Both the position numbers and the translations under genes were made by a program. From Vicinamibacterales bacterium (GTDB lineage: Bacteria > Acidobacteriota > Vicinamibacteria > Vicinamibacterales > UBA8438), in the NCBI GenBank assembly GCA_965207615.1, contig CBDBMZ010000003.1, positions 1,069,855 to 1,133,854 of the forward strand: DNA of 64,000 bases, read 5' to 3'. The notes beneath the pieces are model-generated. The model worked only from the letters and a program-made list of their open reading frames with translations. It was not told the DNA's origin and made no database searches. Each line of letters starts with the position of its first letter. Position 1 is the first letter of the stretch. Positions 38,042 through 48,106 of this stretch are shown one piece after another.

Positions 38042-38356
38042 CTAGTCCCCGAGATCGATCTCGATGACGCCCGCCCGGACTCGAAGCGGATAGGCGCGCA
38101 GGCGCCCGCCGGCCGGCGGCGTGAGGGGTGCGCCGTCGGCGACGCGGAACTGCGCCCCGTGCCAAAGGCAGGTCACCACGCCGTTTTCGTAGGTGCCCTC
38201 CGTGAGGGGGCCGCCGACGTGGGTGCAGTAGTCGTCGTAGGCGAACAGGGTGCCGTTCTCGTTGAACACCGCGACCTTCCGGTCGGCGAGCCGCATGCAG
38301 CGCACCTTGCCGGGCGGCACGTCGGCGGCGTCTCCGATGCGCACGTAGTCTCCCAT
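38042..38356 (-). CDS. Rieske [2Fe-2S] domain protein (ferredoxin-like)
   Basis: The cluster ligands are CTHVGGPL and CLWHGAQF. The product is 104 aa. Confidence 0.8.
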   Translation of the reverse strand: MGDYVRIGDAADVPPGKVRCMRLADRKVAVFNENGTLFAYDDYCTHVGGPLTEGTYENGVVTCLWHGAQFRVADGAPLTPPAGGRLRAYPLRVRAGVIEIDLGD

Positions 38357-38365
38357 CGGGGCTCC

Positions 38366-39484
38366 TCATCCCCCGCCGGTCAGCGCGGCGAGCGGCGCGC
38401 AGTCGAGGCCGTGGGCCTCGGCGACGGCGGGGTGCGTGACCCGTCCGTCGACGACGTTGACGCCGCCGGCGAGGACGGGGTCGCGGGCCGCCTCCCGCCA
38501 GCCCTGGTTGGCGATGTCGAGGGCGTAGGCCATCGTGGCGTTGGTCAGCGCGTAGGTCGACGTGTGCGGCACCGCCCCCGGCATGTTCGACACGCAGTAG
38601 TGCACGACGCCGTGCTCGACGAACCGCGGGGCGTGGTGGGTGGTGGGGCGGCTCGTCTCGGCCCCGCCGCCCTGGTCGACGGCCACGTCGACGAGGGCCG
38701 AGCCGTCCTCCATCCGCTCGAGGTGCCGGCGGGTGACGAGACGCGGGGTGCGGGCGCCGGGAATGAGCACCGCGCAGATGACGAGGTCGGCGTCGCACAC
38801 CGCCCCCTCGATGTTCGCGGCGTTCGACATGAGGGTGGTCACGTGCCCCTGCACCACGTCGCGCACGTAGGCGAGCCGCAGGGGGTTGATGTCGATGATG
38901 GTGACGTCGGCCCCGAAGCCCACGCCCACCACGCAGGCATTCAGCCCGACGACGCCGGCCCCGAGGATGGTGACTCGGCCCCGCCGGACGCCCGACACCC
39001 CGGGCAGGAGGATGCCCTTGCCCCCCGCGATCCGCTCCAGCGACGCGGCCCCGGCCTGCACCGCGAGGCGCCCCGCGACCTCGGACATGGGCACGAGCAG
39101 CGGCAGGGTCCCGTCGGCCAGCTGCACCGTCTCGTAGGCGATGCCCACCACCCGACGCTCGAGGAGGCGCTCGGTCAACGCCCGGGACGCCGCGAGATGC
39201 AGGTAGGTGAAGAGGACCTGCCCCGGCCGCATCAGGGTGAACTCGGGCTCGAGGGGCTCCTTGACCTTGAGCACGAGCTCGGCCCGGTCCCACACGTCCG
39301 CCGCGCCCTCGACGATGGCGGCGCCGGCCCGAGCATAGGCGGCGTCGGCGATGGCGCTGCCCCGGCCCGCGCCGGCCTGCACGAGCACCTCGTGGCCTCG
39401 CCCGCGGAAAGCGGCCACCCCGGCCGGGGTGATCGCGACGCGGCTCTCGTCGGGCTTGATCTCCGTCGGTACGCCGATGCGCAT
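38366..39484 (-). CDS. ald: alanine dehydrogenase
   Basis: The N-terminus is MRIGVPTEIKPDESRVAITP. The NAD fold is ILGAGVVGLNA, and VDVAVDQGG is present. The product is 372 aa. Confidence 0.9.
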   Translation of the reverse strand: MRIGVPTEIKPDESRVAITPAGVAAFRGRGHEVLVQAGAGRGSAIADAAYARAGAAIVEGAADVWDRAELVLKVKEPLEPEFTLMRPGQVLFTYLHLAASRALTERLLERRVVGIAYETVQLADGTLPLLVPMSEVAGRLAVQAGAASLERIAGGKGILLPGVSGVRRGRVTILGAGVVGLNACVVGVGFGADVTIIDINPLRLAYVRDVVQGHVTTLMSNAANIEGAVCDADLVICAVLIPGARTPRLVTRRHLERMEDGSALVDVAVDQGGGAETSRPTTHHAPRFVEHGVVHYCVSNMPGAVPHTSTYALTNATMAYALDIANQGWREAARDPVLAGGVNVVDGRVTHPAVAEAHGLDCAPLAALTGGG

Positions 39485-39587
39485 GAACGCGGCTCCGAAC
39501 CACCGGCAACCGGCGCCGAGGCCCTCGAACCCCGACTGCTGCCGCGTCGTGCCGGAACGGCGCGGCTCCACGGTTGCCTGTACCTAT

Positions 39588-39615
39588 TATGACGCTACCC
39601 GTATGACGTTACCCG
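39588..39615. repeat. two abutting 14-bp direct repeats in the ald / lctP divergent control region
   Basis: TATGACGCTACCCG (39588-39601) is followed directly by TATGACGTTACCCG (39602-39615). Confidence 0.6.
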
Positions 39616-39649
39616 CCGGACGCACCGCCGCCGGGCCCGCCGTCGCCGT

Positions 39650-39731
39650 CCCGTGCCCGCGGGCACGGGTTGTCCCGGCGGCCGCTGTGCCCGTCGCCCC
39701 CAGCGCCGTCCCGCGCCCGCGCGGGCACGGG
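39650..39731. repeat. pair of related GC-rich palindromic hairpins about 60 bp apart
   Basis: CCCGTGCCCGCGGGCACGGG at 39650-39669 is perfect. CCCGCGCCCGCGCGGGCACGGG at 39710-39731 has one mismatch. Both are preceded by GCCGT. Confidence 0.55.
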
Positions 39732-39910
39732 GGTCTCGTCTCGCGATCGACCGGCCGGTCGCGCCGCCGCCGGACCGCACCGCGCCGTCCGACAAGCCGG
39801 GCCGGAAGAGCTGACGTGCGTCGCGCAACCGGGCCGGGTGCGCTACAATGGCGCGCCGGTGCGCCCGGCCGTCCCGGGTCAGCGCCCGCGCTACTGAAGG
39901 GAGAGCCTAG

Positions 39911-41716
39911 ATGGGCACGATGACGTTGGCCGTCCTGTCCCTGTTACCGATCGCGACCGTCGCGGTCTTCCTGGTCATGCTGCGCTGGCCGGCCAGCCGC
40001 GCCATGCCCCTGACCTACGCGGTGGCGGCGGCCCTGGCGCTGTTCGTCTGGCAGGTGCCGGGCATGCAGGTGGCGGCGGCGACCATCAACGGCCTCGTCA
40101 TCGCCCTCACCCTGCTCTACATCATCTTCGGCGCCATCCTCCTGCTGAACACCCTGCGCGCGAGCGGGGCCATCAACGTCATCCGGCGCGGCTTCACCGA
40201 CGTCAGCCGCGACCGGCGGGTGCAGGTCATCATCGTGGCGTGGCTCTTCGGCTCGTTCATCGAGGGCTCGGCCGGCTTCGGTACCCCGGCCGCGGTGGCG
40301 GTGCCCCTGCTCGTGGGGCTCGGATTCCCGGGCATGGCCGCGGTCATGGCGGGGATGATCATCCAGAGCACCCCGGTCAGCTTCGGCGCCGCCGGCACTC
40401 CCATCCTCGTCGGCGTCAACACCGGGCTCTCGGCCGACCCCGCCCTCGTCGCCTACGGGATGGAGCGCGTCGCCGGCGAGTGGAACGACTTCCTCCGCTT
40501 CGTCGGCTTCCGGGTGGCGGTGCTGCACGCCGTCGCCGGCACCCTCGTGCCCCTCATTCTGGTGTCGTTCATGACCCGTTTCTTCGGCGAGCGCAAGTCG
40601 TTCGCGGAAGGGCTGCAGATCTGGAAGTTCGCGCTGTTCGCGGCGCTGGCGATGACCATTCCCTACATCATCGCCGGCGCTTTCCTCGGACCCGAGTTCC
40701 CGGCCCTGGTCGGGAGCCTCGTGGGCCTGGCGATCGTGGTGACGGCGGCGCGGCGCGGGTTCCTGGTGCCGAAGCCGGAAGACGCCTGGGACTTCGGCGA
40801 GAAGTCGACGTGGCCGTCCGAGTGGACCGGCTCCATCGAGATCAAGGACGACGCGGGCAACGGCGCCCCGATGAGCCTGATGCGCGCCTGGACGCCCTAC
40901 GTCATCGTCGCCCTGCTTCTTCTGACGTCGCGCAACCCGTTCGACTTCCTGAGCGGGGTGCTGGGTCCCTTCCAGGCGTTCCTGCAGTCGACGTTCGCGC
41001 TGACGTGGCCGGAGATTCTCGGCACCGGCATCAGCATGAACGCGGTGCAGCCGCTGTATCTGCCGGGCGGCCTGTTCATCGCCACGTCCCTCATCACGTT
41101 CCTGATTCACCGCATCCCCGGCCCCGCCTACAGGCAGGCCTGGACCACCTCGCTGCAGGTGACCGCCGCGGCCTCGATCGCGCTCGTGTTCACGGTGCCG
41201 ATGGTGCAGGTGTTCATCAACACCATGGGCGGCGCGGCCGGGTTCGAGCGGATGCCCATCGTGCTCGCCGACGGCGTGGCTTCGCTCGTCGGCGGGGCGT
41301 GGCCGATCTTCGCGCCGTTCATCGGGGGCATCGGGGCCGCGGTGGCCGGCAGCAACACCGTCAGCAACATGATGTTCTCGCAGTTCCAGTTCGGCATGGG
41401 TGAGCGCATCGCGGTCGACCCGACGTGGATCGTCGCCCTCCAGGCGGTGGGCGGGGCGGCCGGCAACATGATCTGCGTGCACAACGTCGTGGCCGCCTCC
41501 GCCGTGGTCGGGCTGCTGGGGCGCGAGGGCTCGGTCATCCGCATCACCCTGCTGCCCTTCGTCTACTACGCCTTGCTGCCGGGCTCGGTCGGTTACCTCG
41601 TCGTGTCGTACGCCGACCAGGGCATCCTGAACGCGGGCTCGTACATCATCGCGCTCATCGCGGGGCTGGCCATCTACTCCATCGTCCGCTACGGGGGGCG
41701 GCCGGCGACGGCATGA
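39911..41716 (+). CDS. lctP: L-lactate permease (LctP family)
   Basis: This is a 601-aa polytopic protein with [17 protein letters not shown] and [14 protein letters not shown] motifs. GGGAGAG lies upstream of the ATG. Confidence 0.85.
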   Translation: MGTMTLAVLSLLPIATVAVFLVMLRWPASRAMPLTYAVAAALALFVWQVPGMQVAAATINGLVIALTLLYIIFGAILLLNTLRASGAINVIRRGFTDVSRDRRVQVIIVAWLFGSFIEGSAGFGTPAAVAVPLLVGLGFPGMAAVMAGMIIQSTPVSFGAAGTPILVGVNTGLSADPALVAYGMERVAGEWNDFLRFVGFRVAVLHAVAGTLVPLILVSFMTRFFGERKSFAEGLQIWKFALFAALAMTIPYIIAGAFLGPEFPALVGSLVGLAIVVTAARRGFLVPKPEDAWDFGEKSTWPSEWTGSIEIKDDAGNGAPMSLMRAWTPYVIVALLLLTSRNPFDFLSGVLGPFQAFLQSTFALTWPEILGTGISMNAVQPLYLPGGLFIATSLITFLIHRIPGPAYRQAWTTSLQVTAAASIALVFTVPMVQVFINTMGGAAGFERMPIVLADGVASLVGGAWPIFAPFIGGIGAAVAGSNTVSNMMFSQFQFGMGERIAVDPTWIVALQAVGGAAGNMICVHNVVAASAVVGLLGREGSVIRITLLPFVYYALLPGSVGYLVVSYADQGILNAGSYIIALIAGLAIYSIVRYGGRPATA

Positions 41717-42099
41717 GGCTGTTCCCGCTCGCCGACATCGCCAGCGAGCCGTCGGACCCGAAGACGTTCGTGGGCCGCGCCCGGCTGACCCGGATGAACG
41801 GGGTGTCGGACGCCCCGCCCGCGAACGTCTACCGCGTCGCGTTCGAGGCGCGGGCCCGGACCCACTGGCACGCCCACAGCGGCCCGCAACTGCTCCAGAT
41901 CATCGAGGGCACCTGCCGGTTCCAGAAGGCGGGCGAGGCGGTGCGGGAGGCCGCCCCCGGCGACCTCATCGCGATCGCGCCCGGCGAGCGGCACTGGCAC
42001 GGGGCGGGGCCGGACGGCCCGATGACCCACATCGCCATCAACATCGACGCGAAGACGAGCTGGTCCGAGGCGGTCAGCGACGCCGAGTACGGCGCCTGA
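41713..42099 (+). CDS. cupin domain protein
   Basis: The cupin motifs are [17 protein letters not shown] and PGERHWHGA. The start overlaps the lctP stop (ATGA). Confidence 0.7.
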   Translation: MRLFPLADIASEPSDPKTFVGRARLTRMNGVSDAPPANVYRVAFEARARTHWHAHSGPQLLQIIEGTCRFQKAGEAVREAAPGDLIAIAPGERHWHGAGPDGPMTHIAINIDAKTSWSEAVSDAEYGA

Positions 42100-42147
42100 C
42101 CGTCCGATCGACGACCCGCCCGGCGCCGGAGACATCCCGGGAGAACG

Positions 42148-44904
42148 ATGACCGCCACGCCCGATCCGTGCCCGAGCCGTCTCTCGACCCTCCTCCGGGT
42201 CTGCGCCGCCGGCGCCATGCTCGGCCTGCTCGTCCCGGGAGCACCCGCCCAGACCGGGGCCGGCCAACCGCTGGACGCCGACTTCGCGGAGCGGGTGCGC
42301 GAGTGGACGACGCGCCCCGAGTTTCTCAGCCCGCTCGTCGACCACCTGCCCGCCGGCGGTGCGGTGCCCTCGCCGAAGGACGTCCTCGGCCACCACGTCG
42401 GGGCGCCGCGCGAGCTGACCTACTACGCCGAGATGCTCGACTACTACCGGGCCCTCGCCGACGCGTCGCCGCGGGTTGCGATCACGCCCATCGGTGGCAC
42501 CGACGAGGGCCGCGAGATGGTGGTGGTGACGATTGCCGACGCGGCGACCGTCGCGGACCTGGAGCCCTACCGCCGTGACCTCGCCCGGCTCGCGGACCCG
42601 CGCGGCCTCGGCGAGTCCGAGGCGCAGGCGGTCCTGGCCCGGGCAAAGCCGATCTACGTGCTGATGGCGGGCCTGCACAGCGGCGAGACGGGTCCGCCCG
42701 AGATGCTGATGGAGCTGGCCTACCGGCTCGCGGTCGAGGAGGGGCCGCTCTACGACCGCATCCGCGAGAACCTCATCGTGGCACTGATGCCCGCCGCGGA
42801 TCCGGACGGCCGGGACCGCTACGTCGACTGGTACTACCGGCACCTGATCGACATCACCGACGAGGACGACCGCATCGGCGGGCCGCCGTACTGGGGGAAG
42901 TACATCTTCCACGACAACAACCGCGACATCAACTACTCGCAGCTCAGCATGCGGAACGTGCTCGACTGGTACCTGGCGTGGCATCCGCCGGTCATGCACG
43001 ACCTCCACGAGTCGGTGCCGTTCCTCTACACGTTCAGCGGACAGGCCCCGCAGAACCCCCTGCTCGACCCCATCGTCTACGGCGAGCTGCCGTGGTTCGC
43101 GAACTACGAGATGGCCCGCCTGACCGGCTACGGCATGCCCGGGGTGTGGACGCACGCCTTCGTCGACATGTGGTCGCCGGGCTACCTCGCGTTCATGGCC
43201 TCGAACCACAACGGGCTGATCCGGTTCTACGAGACGTACGGCAACGGCGGCGCGACGACCATGAAGCGCCGCCTGAAGACCGAGGACAACACGCCCGAGC
43301 AGGCGCGCACGAGCCGAGAGTGGTACCGGCCCTCGCCCCCCTACGAGGAGGTCGAGTGGTCGATGCGGAACAACACCAACTACAGCCAGACCGGCGCCCT
43401 CGCCGCGCTGGAGCTGGCCTCGTCGAACCCGCGCGTGCTCCTGGACAACTTCTACCGCAAGTCGCGCAACGCGGTGGCGGAGGGCGAGACCGAGCCGCCC
43501 CACGCCTTCGTCATCCCGGCCGGGCAGCGCGACATGACGCGGGTCGCGACCCTCGTCGACATGCTGCGCGTGCAGGGCATCGAGGTCGGCCGCGCCGGCG
43601 ACGCCTTCGCCTTCGGCGGCGACGACGGTCATCCCGCCGGCTCTTACGTGGTCAAGGGCGGGCAGCCGTACTTCCGCCTGGCCAAGATCCTCCTCGGGAG
43701 CCAGACGTTCCCGGACGACAACCTGCGGACCTACGACGACACCGGCTGGACCATGGGATTGATGCACGGGGTCGAGGTGGTTGCCGTCGACGACCCCGAG
43801 GTCCTCGACGTCCCGGTCGAGCCCGTCACGGAGGCGCGACTCGCGGGCACCGTCGCGGGCGGCCGAGAGCCCCGATTCGGCTACGCCGTCGCCCACTACG
43901 GCTCGAACCACCTGACGACGCTGCGTTACCGGCTCGGCGACGCGACGGTGGAGGCGGCCGAGATGGGCTTCGAGGTCGACGGCGTCGCTTTCCCGCCCGG
44001 CTCGTTCATCGTTCCCGCGACAGCCGGGAGCGAGCGGGCCGAGCGCCTGCGGGCGGCGGTGATCGGGCTCGGCCTGACCGCGGCGGGGCTCGACGAACGG
44101 CCGGAGGTCGCGGCCCATCCCGTCGACCTCCCCCGACTCGCCATCTACAGCACGTGGGGCGACACCCAGGAGGTGGGCTGGCTGCGCCATGCGTTCGACC
44201 AGTTCGAGATCCCGTTCGACCTCGTCTTCAAGGAACGCGTCCGGACGGGCGATCTGCGGGCGGACTACGACGTCATACTGGTGCCCAACCAGGGCCGGAC
44301 GGCCAAGGGGCTGGTCTTCGACGTCGAGCCGCGCGGGAACCCGCGCGCCTACACCAAGACCGAGCGCTACCGGTTCCTCGGCGACTACGGCTCGTCGGAG
44401 GACATCACCGGCGGCATGGGGCTCGAAGGCGTCCTCGAGCTGCAGCGGTTCGTCGAGGCCGGCGGCCTGCTGGTGACCCTGGGCGAGGCGAGCCACGTCC
44501 CGCCCGAGTACGGCCTGACCAGGGAGATCGGCGTCCGGCGTCCGGGATCGGGCTTCTACGCGCCGGGACCGCTGGTGGAGGCCGAGGTCGCGGTTCCGGA
44601 CCACCCGATCTTCTACGGCTACGACGAAGGCCGGATACCGGTCCGCTACGCCAACGGCCCGCTTCTCGACGTGCCGCGGCGGCTCCGCGACGACTGGGTG
44701 GTCATGTCGTTCAGCGACCGAGTGCTCAGCGGCCACCTGCGCGGCGCCAGCCAGATCGACGGCCGCCCCGCCGTCGTCGACGTGCCGCGCGGAGGCGGCC
44801 GCGTGGTTCTCTTCGCCACCAACCCGTGCTACCGCTGGCAGAACCACGGCGAGTTCGGGATGCTGTTCAACGTCATCCTCCACCACAACGACCTCGCCCG
44901 GTAG
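42148..44904 (+). CDS. large secreted M14-family metallocarboxypeptidase-like protein
   Basis: A signal peptide is followed by the zinc motif GLHSGETGPPE (HxxE) and a later HDLHES. The product is 918 aa. Confidence 0.75.
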   Translation: MTATPDPCPSRLSTLLRVCAAGAMLGLLVPGAPAQTGAGQPLDADFAERVREWTTRPEFLSPLVDHLPAGGAVPSPKDVLGHHVGAPRELTYYAEMLDYYRALADASPRVAITPIGGTDEGREMVVVTIADAATVADLEPYRRDLARLADPRGLGESEAQAVLARAKPIYVLMAGLHSGETGPPEMLMELAYRLAVEEGPLYDRIRENLIVALMPAADPDGRDRYVDWYYRHLIDITDEDDRIGGPPYWGKYIFHDNNRDINYSQLSMRNVLDWYLAWHPPVMHDLHESVPFLYTFSGQAPQNPLLDPIVYGELPWFANYEMARLTGYGMPGVWTHAFVDMWSPGYLAFMASNHNGLIRFYETYGNGGATTMKRRLKTEDNTPEQARTSREWYRPSPPYEEVEWSMRNNTNYSQTGALAALELASSNPRVLLDNFYRKSRNAVAEGETEPPHAFVIPAGQRDMTRVATLVDMLRVQGIEVGRAGDAFAFGGDDGHPAGSYVVKGGQPYFRLAKILLGSQTFPDDNLRTYDDTGWTMGLMHGVEVVAVDDPEVLDVPVEPVTEARLAGTVAGGREPRFGYAVAHYGSNHLTTLRYRLGDATVEAAEMGFEVDGVAFPPGSFIVPATAGSERAERLRAAVIGLGLTAAGLDERPEVAAHPVDLPRLAIYSTWGDTQEVGWLRHAFDQFEIPFDLVFKERVRTGDLRADYDVILVPNQGRTAKGLVFDVEPRGNPRAYTKTERYRFLGDYGSSEDITGGMGLEGVLELQRFVEAGGLLVTLGEASHVPPEYGLTREIGVRRPGSGFYAPGPLVEAEVAVPDHPIFYGYDEGRIPVRYANGPLLDVPRRLRDDWVVMSFSDRVLSGHLRGASQIDGRPAVVDVPRGGGRVVLFATNPCYRWQNHGEFGMLFNVILHHNDLAR

Positions 44905-45014
44905 GCGGCGCCCGAGCCGGATGCGCACGCTTCGCGCCCGTACCGTTTCGCGGTAGCATGAGCATCCACGGCGGCGGCATTCGCGCGCCGCAAGAGACTT
45001 TCCGGAGGAAAGCA

Positions 45015-46010
45015 ATGCAGAGATCGAAGCTCGCGCGGACGGCGGCGTTCGTATTCGTGCTCGCGGCGCTGATCGCCGCCGCGCCGGCCCAGGGACGGGA
45101 CCTGCTGACGGTAGAGTTCTTCAGCCCCGCCGTCGACCGGACCATGAAGTACAACATCCTGCTCCCGGACGACTACGAGGCGTCGACCGACCGCTATCCC
45201 GTGCTGTACCTGCTGCACGGCCTGACCCAGAACTACACCGCGTGGGGGCTGGCCAACGGCGCCCCGTTCTACGCCGGCCTCTACGGCGACCTCATCGTCG
45301 TGATGCCCGACGCCGGGAACTCGTGGTACGTCAACTGGGCGGAGAACGAGGACGGGCAGACGAACAACTGGGAGGACCACATCGTCCGCGACGTCGTCAA
45401 CCACGTCGACTGGAACTTCCGGACCATCGCCCGACGCGAGGGCCGGGCCATGACCGGCCTGTCGATGGGCGGCTTCGGCGCGATCACCATGGGGCTCCGG
45501 AACCCGGAGCTGTTCATCTCGATCGGCAGCACCAGCGGCGCGCTGGAGTACGGCCGGCAGGCCGCGGCCCGCATGCGGGGCGAGCTCGAGCCGCGGCCGC
45601 GCCGCACCCCGACGGCCGAGCAACTGGCCCGCCGCCGGCAGCCCAATCCCCTGATCGGCATCGACGGCTTCAGCAGCCAAGTCGAGCGGTCGCCGCAGGG
45701 CCGGATGTTCACGAACCCGGAGCAGGCCGACACCTACGACCCGTTCACCCTGATCAAGCAGGTCCCGAGGGAGGACCTGCCGCACATCTACCTCGACTGC
45801 GGCACCGAGGACCGGCTGATCGCGGGGGCGCAGGAGCTGGCCGCGTACATGTTCGAGGAGAACATCCCCTTCAACTACATGCAGATGCCCGGCGCCCACA
45901 ACGCGGCGTACTGGATCGAGGCCATCGGCCACATCACGTCGGTGCAGTACGAGGTGATGCAGCGCGCCCTCGGCCAGCGCCCGTTCGGCCGCGGCCGCTC
46001 GACGAACTGA
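45015..46010 (+). CDS. esterase family protein (esterase D / putative esterase fold)
   Basis: GGAGGAAAG precedes the ATG at 45015. A signal peptide, YPVLYLLHG and the nucleophile elbow GLSMGG are present. Confidence 0.8.
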   Translation: MQRSKLARTAAFVFVLAALIAAAPAQGRDLLTVEFFSPAVDRTMKYNILLPDDYEASTDRYPVLYLLHGLTQNYTAWGLANGAPFYAGLYGDLIVVMPDAGNSWYVNWAENEDGQTNNWEDHIVRDVVNHVDWNFRTIARREGRAMTGLSMGGFGAITMGLRNPELFISIGSTSGALEYGRQAAARMRGELEPRPRRTPTAEQLARRRQPNPLIGIDGFSSQVERSPQGRMFTNPEQADTYDPFTLIKQVPREDLPHIYLDCGTEDRLIAGAQELAAYMFEENIPFNYMQMPGAHNAAYWIEAIGHITSVQYEVMQRALGQRPFGRGRSTN

Positions 46011-46112
46011 CCCGAGCGGAACGCGCCGCCTGCGCAGCACGTGGGGGGGGCGGAGGCCGCCGACGCGAGACCGCCGTCGTCCCGGAGCGGGCCGGCGCCC
46101 CGTCCAAACCGG

Positions 46113-46150
46113 CCGGGAGTCCAAGTCGTTCCTAAGGCGCGGACTCCCGG
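46113..46150 (+). repeat. hairpin module of the intergenic repeat family
   Basis: CCGGGAGTCC-aagtcGTTCCtaaggcgc-GGACTCCCGG forms a 10-bp stem. The loop carries the TAG of the abiEii-like gene. Confidence 0.7.
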
Positions 46151-46959
46151 CCCCGGATCTGCGGCCACGCCCCGCCCACACGGCCGCGATGGAACCGCAA
46201 GCGGTTCGCCGCTTCCGCCTCTGCCAGTTCCTCCGCGTCGCCCGTGAACAGCGTCGCGGACTGCGTCAGCACCGCTTCACCGACGTGCCCCGCCGGCAGC
46301 AGGTCAATCATCGCCCCGGCCCGGTCCAGGACGCCGCGCCATTGCCGCGACAGGTCCGACGCGCTGGGGGGCGGCCCGTCGAAGGCGAGCGACGCCAGCT
46401 CGTCGGCCGAGTAGCGGGACGAGCGGCGGGCCTGGGCGAGAATGCCGCCCGGCGTAGAGCCGGGGTCCTTGCCGCACGCCGCCCAGGCCAGACAGCCCAA
46501 CGGCTGCAGGCGGGCGTCGCAGGCCAGCACGTCCACCCAGTCGCGCGCCTCGAGCCGCCCGACGAGGGCCAGCACCTTGTTCGTGGCGAGGTCGAAGGGA
46601 TGCAGGGCCAACCCCAGGTCGTCGTCCTCGACCAGGGGAAAGAAGCGGAACGCACTGTCACGCGTCCATTCCATGACCAGACGGTCCGCCCCGCGTGAGA
46701 CCGCCGCCTCGACATAGCCGGGACGCTCGCGCAACGCCGTGACCACGAATCCAGCCGAGTCGAGGGCGAGGCGGTCGCGGTCCCACGACCGCGCCACCGC
46801 CTCGGTCGTGTCGTGGAACAGATCGACGTCCCGGGAGAGTCGGTGGGAACGGAGGGCGACGCTCAGCGCCACGCCGAGGGCCACGTAGCTGTCGCGGTGG
46901 CGGCGCCGGCCGTCCGCTAGCCAGCGGCAGACGTCTCGCTGGAGCGGCGTGAGAGCCAT
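46132..46959 (-). CDS. nucleotidyltransferase, AbiEii/AbiGii (MenT, DUF1814) toxin family
   Basis: The N-terminal NTase motif region is YVALGVALSVALRSHRLSRDVDLFHD (compare GGTAL...R.S.DiDlf). The size is about 275 aa, and the operon context fits the family. Confidence 0.6.
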   Translation of the reverse strand: MALTPLQRDVCRWLADGRRRHRDSYVALGVALSVALRSHRLSRDVDLFHDTTEAVARSWDRDRLALDSAGFVVTALRERPGYVEAAVSRGADRLVMEWTRDSAFRFFPLVEDDDLGLALHPFDLATNKVLALVGRLEARDWVDVLACDARLQPLGCLAWAACGKDPGSTPGGILAQARRSSRYSADELASLAFDGPPPSASDLSRQWRGVLDRAGAMIDLLPAGHVGEAVLTQSATLFTGDAEELAEAEAANRLRFHRGRVGGAWPQIRGRESAP

Positions 46960-47141
46960 GCCCGAACCTCGGCGACGCGGCGAAACGCCGACAGGTCACC
47001 GTACAGCTCGATCAGTCGCAGCACGCGTTCGCGTTCAGCCGCGTTGCCGGGATAGTAGTCGTCGCGCAGAAACCAGAGGCACTGCGCGCGGTAGTCGTCG
47101 ACGAGGCGGTGAACCGGGTCGTCGGACGGGGCGCGGTCCAT
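46917..47141 (-). CDS. 74-aa hypothetical protein overlapping the abiEii-like start by 43 nt (candidate cognate antitoxin)
   Basis: The product is MDRAPSDDPVHRLVDDYRAQCLWFLRDDYYPGNAAERERVLRLIELYGDLSAFRRVAEVRAWL.... GC3 is high. I do not recognise a family. Confidence 0.4.
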   Translation of the reverse strand: MDRAPSDDPVHRLVDDYRAQCLWFLRDDYYPGNAAERERVLRLIELYGDLSAFRRVAEVRAWLSRRSSETSAAG

Positions 47142-47190
47142 TGAGGCGATCCTACTCGACCGTCCGGCGGACTCGTCCCTGACCGGCCGG

Positions 47191-47520
47191 TCAGCCGGCC
47201 CGGTCGATCAGCCGCGTCAGGTTGGCGATGTGTTCCATCAGTTGGGTCCGGCCGGAAGCGGTCAGGGTGTACCAGGTCACCGGCCGCCGGTTGCGGAAGG
47301 TCTTCTCGATGGACAGGTAGCCGGCGTTCTCGAGCTTGCGCAGGTGCGTGCCGAGGCTGCCGTCGGTTTCCTCGAGCACCTGCTTGAGACGGCTGAACGA
47401 CATCGCGTCGTGCTTCGACAGCAGGACGCAGATGGCGAGTCGCACCCGGTGCTCGAAGAGCCCGTCGAGCGACGCGAGCTCGTCGAGCCCCCCGATGTCC
47501 GGATCAGCCCTCTGTGTCAC
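47191..47520 (-). CDS. winged-helix transcriptional regulator (HTH_34 / ArsR-like)
   Basis: FEHRVRLAICVLLSKHDAMSFSRLKQVLEETDGSLGTHLRKLENAGYLSIEK fits the family. The gene uses a GTG start and overlaps the upstream membrane gene by 17 nt. Confidence 0.7.
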   Translation of the reverse strand: MTQRADPDIGGLDELASLDGLFEHRVRLAICVLLSKHDAMSFSRLKQVLEETDGSLGTHLRKLENAGYLSIEKTFRNRRPVTWYTLTASGRTQLMEHIANLTRLIDRAG

Positions 47521-48073
47521 GGGTCGGGGCTCCGAGGAACGCCTGCGCCACGAGCGCGGCGGCGATGAGCGCGCCCGTGATGCTCCACCGGTAGACTGGC
47601 ACGACGAACGTCAGCAGATAACCGACCGCGACCAGCACGCCGACCGGCGCGAGTCGACGGTCGAGGTGCACGCCGGCCTGACAGTACGTCAACGCCATGA
47701 GCAGCACCCACAGCGCGCCGTATCCGGCGGGCGTCAACTGCCCGGTCGCGACCAGCAGCCCGCCGAGCCAGCCCGCGGCCAGGAACGCCAGCCAGTGCAG
47801 CGCTGCTCGCACGCCCTTCCGACGATCCGCCTGCCCGGCCCTCCGGCCCGCTCGAACGCCGAGCCAGACGGAAGCGCCGAAGCCGACCGTTCCCGCCGCG
47901 AACCAGTAGGTCCCGGTCCACGGCCGGGCGGCGGCGAAGTCATGCAGGACGAAGCCGCACAGCACGATGGCCGCCCACAGCAGATAGTACGCCGGGTTGT
48001 GCAACATGTCCGCCCGCTCCGCCGCGGCGCGGACGTAGGCGATGTCCTCCCTAATCCGTTCGGTGTCCGTCAT
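47504..48073 (-). CDS. integral membrane protein, hypothetical (5-6 TM helices)
   Basis: The start is taken at MTDTERIREDIAYVR (ATG at 48073-48071 inside ORF 47504..48355). The remainder is hydrophobic. Confidence 0.55.
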   Translation of the reverse strand: MTDTERIREDIAYVRAAAERADMLHNPAYYLLWAAIVLCGFVLHDFAAARPWTGTYWFAAGTVGFGASVWLGVRAGRRAGQADRRKGVRAALHWLAFLAAGWLGGLLVATGQLTPAGYGALWVLLMALTYCQAGVHLDRRLAPVGVLVAVGYLLTFVVPVYRWSITGALIAAALVAQAFLGAPTRDTEG

Positions 48074-48106
48074 GACATGCCCCAGCCCGTCGTCCGGCCG
48101 GGAGAG

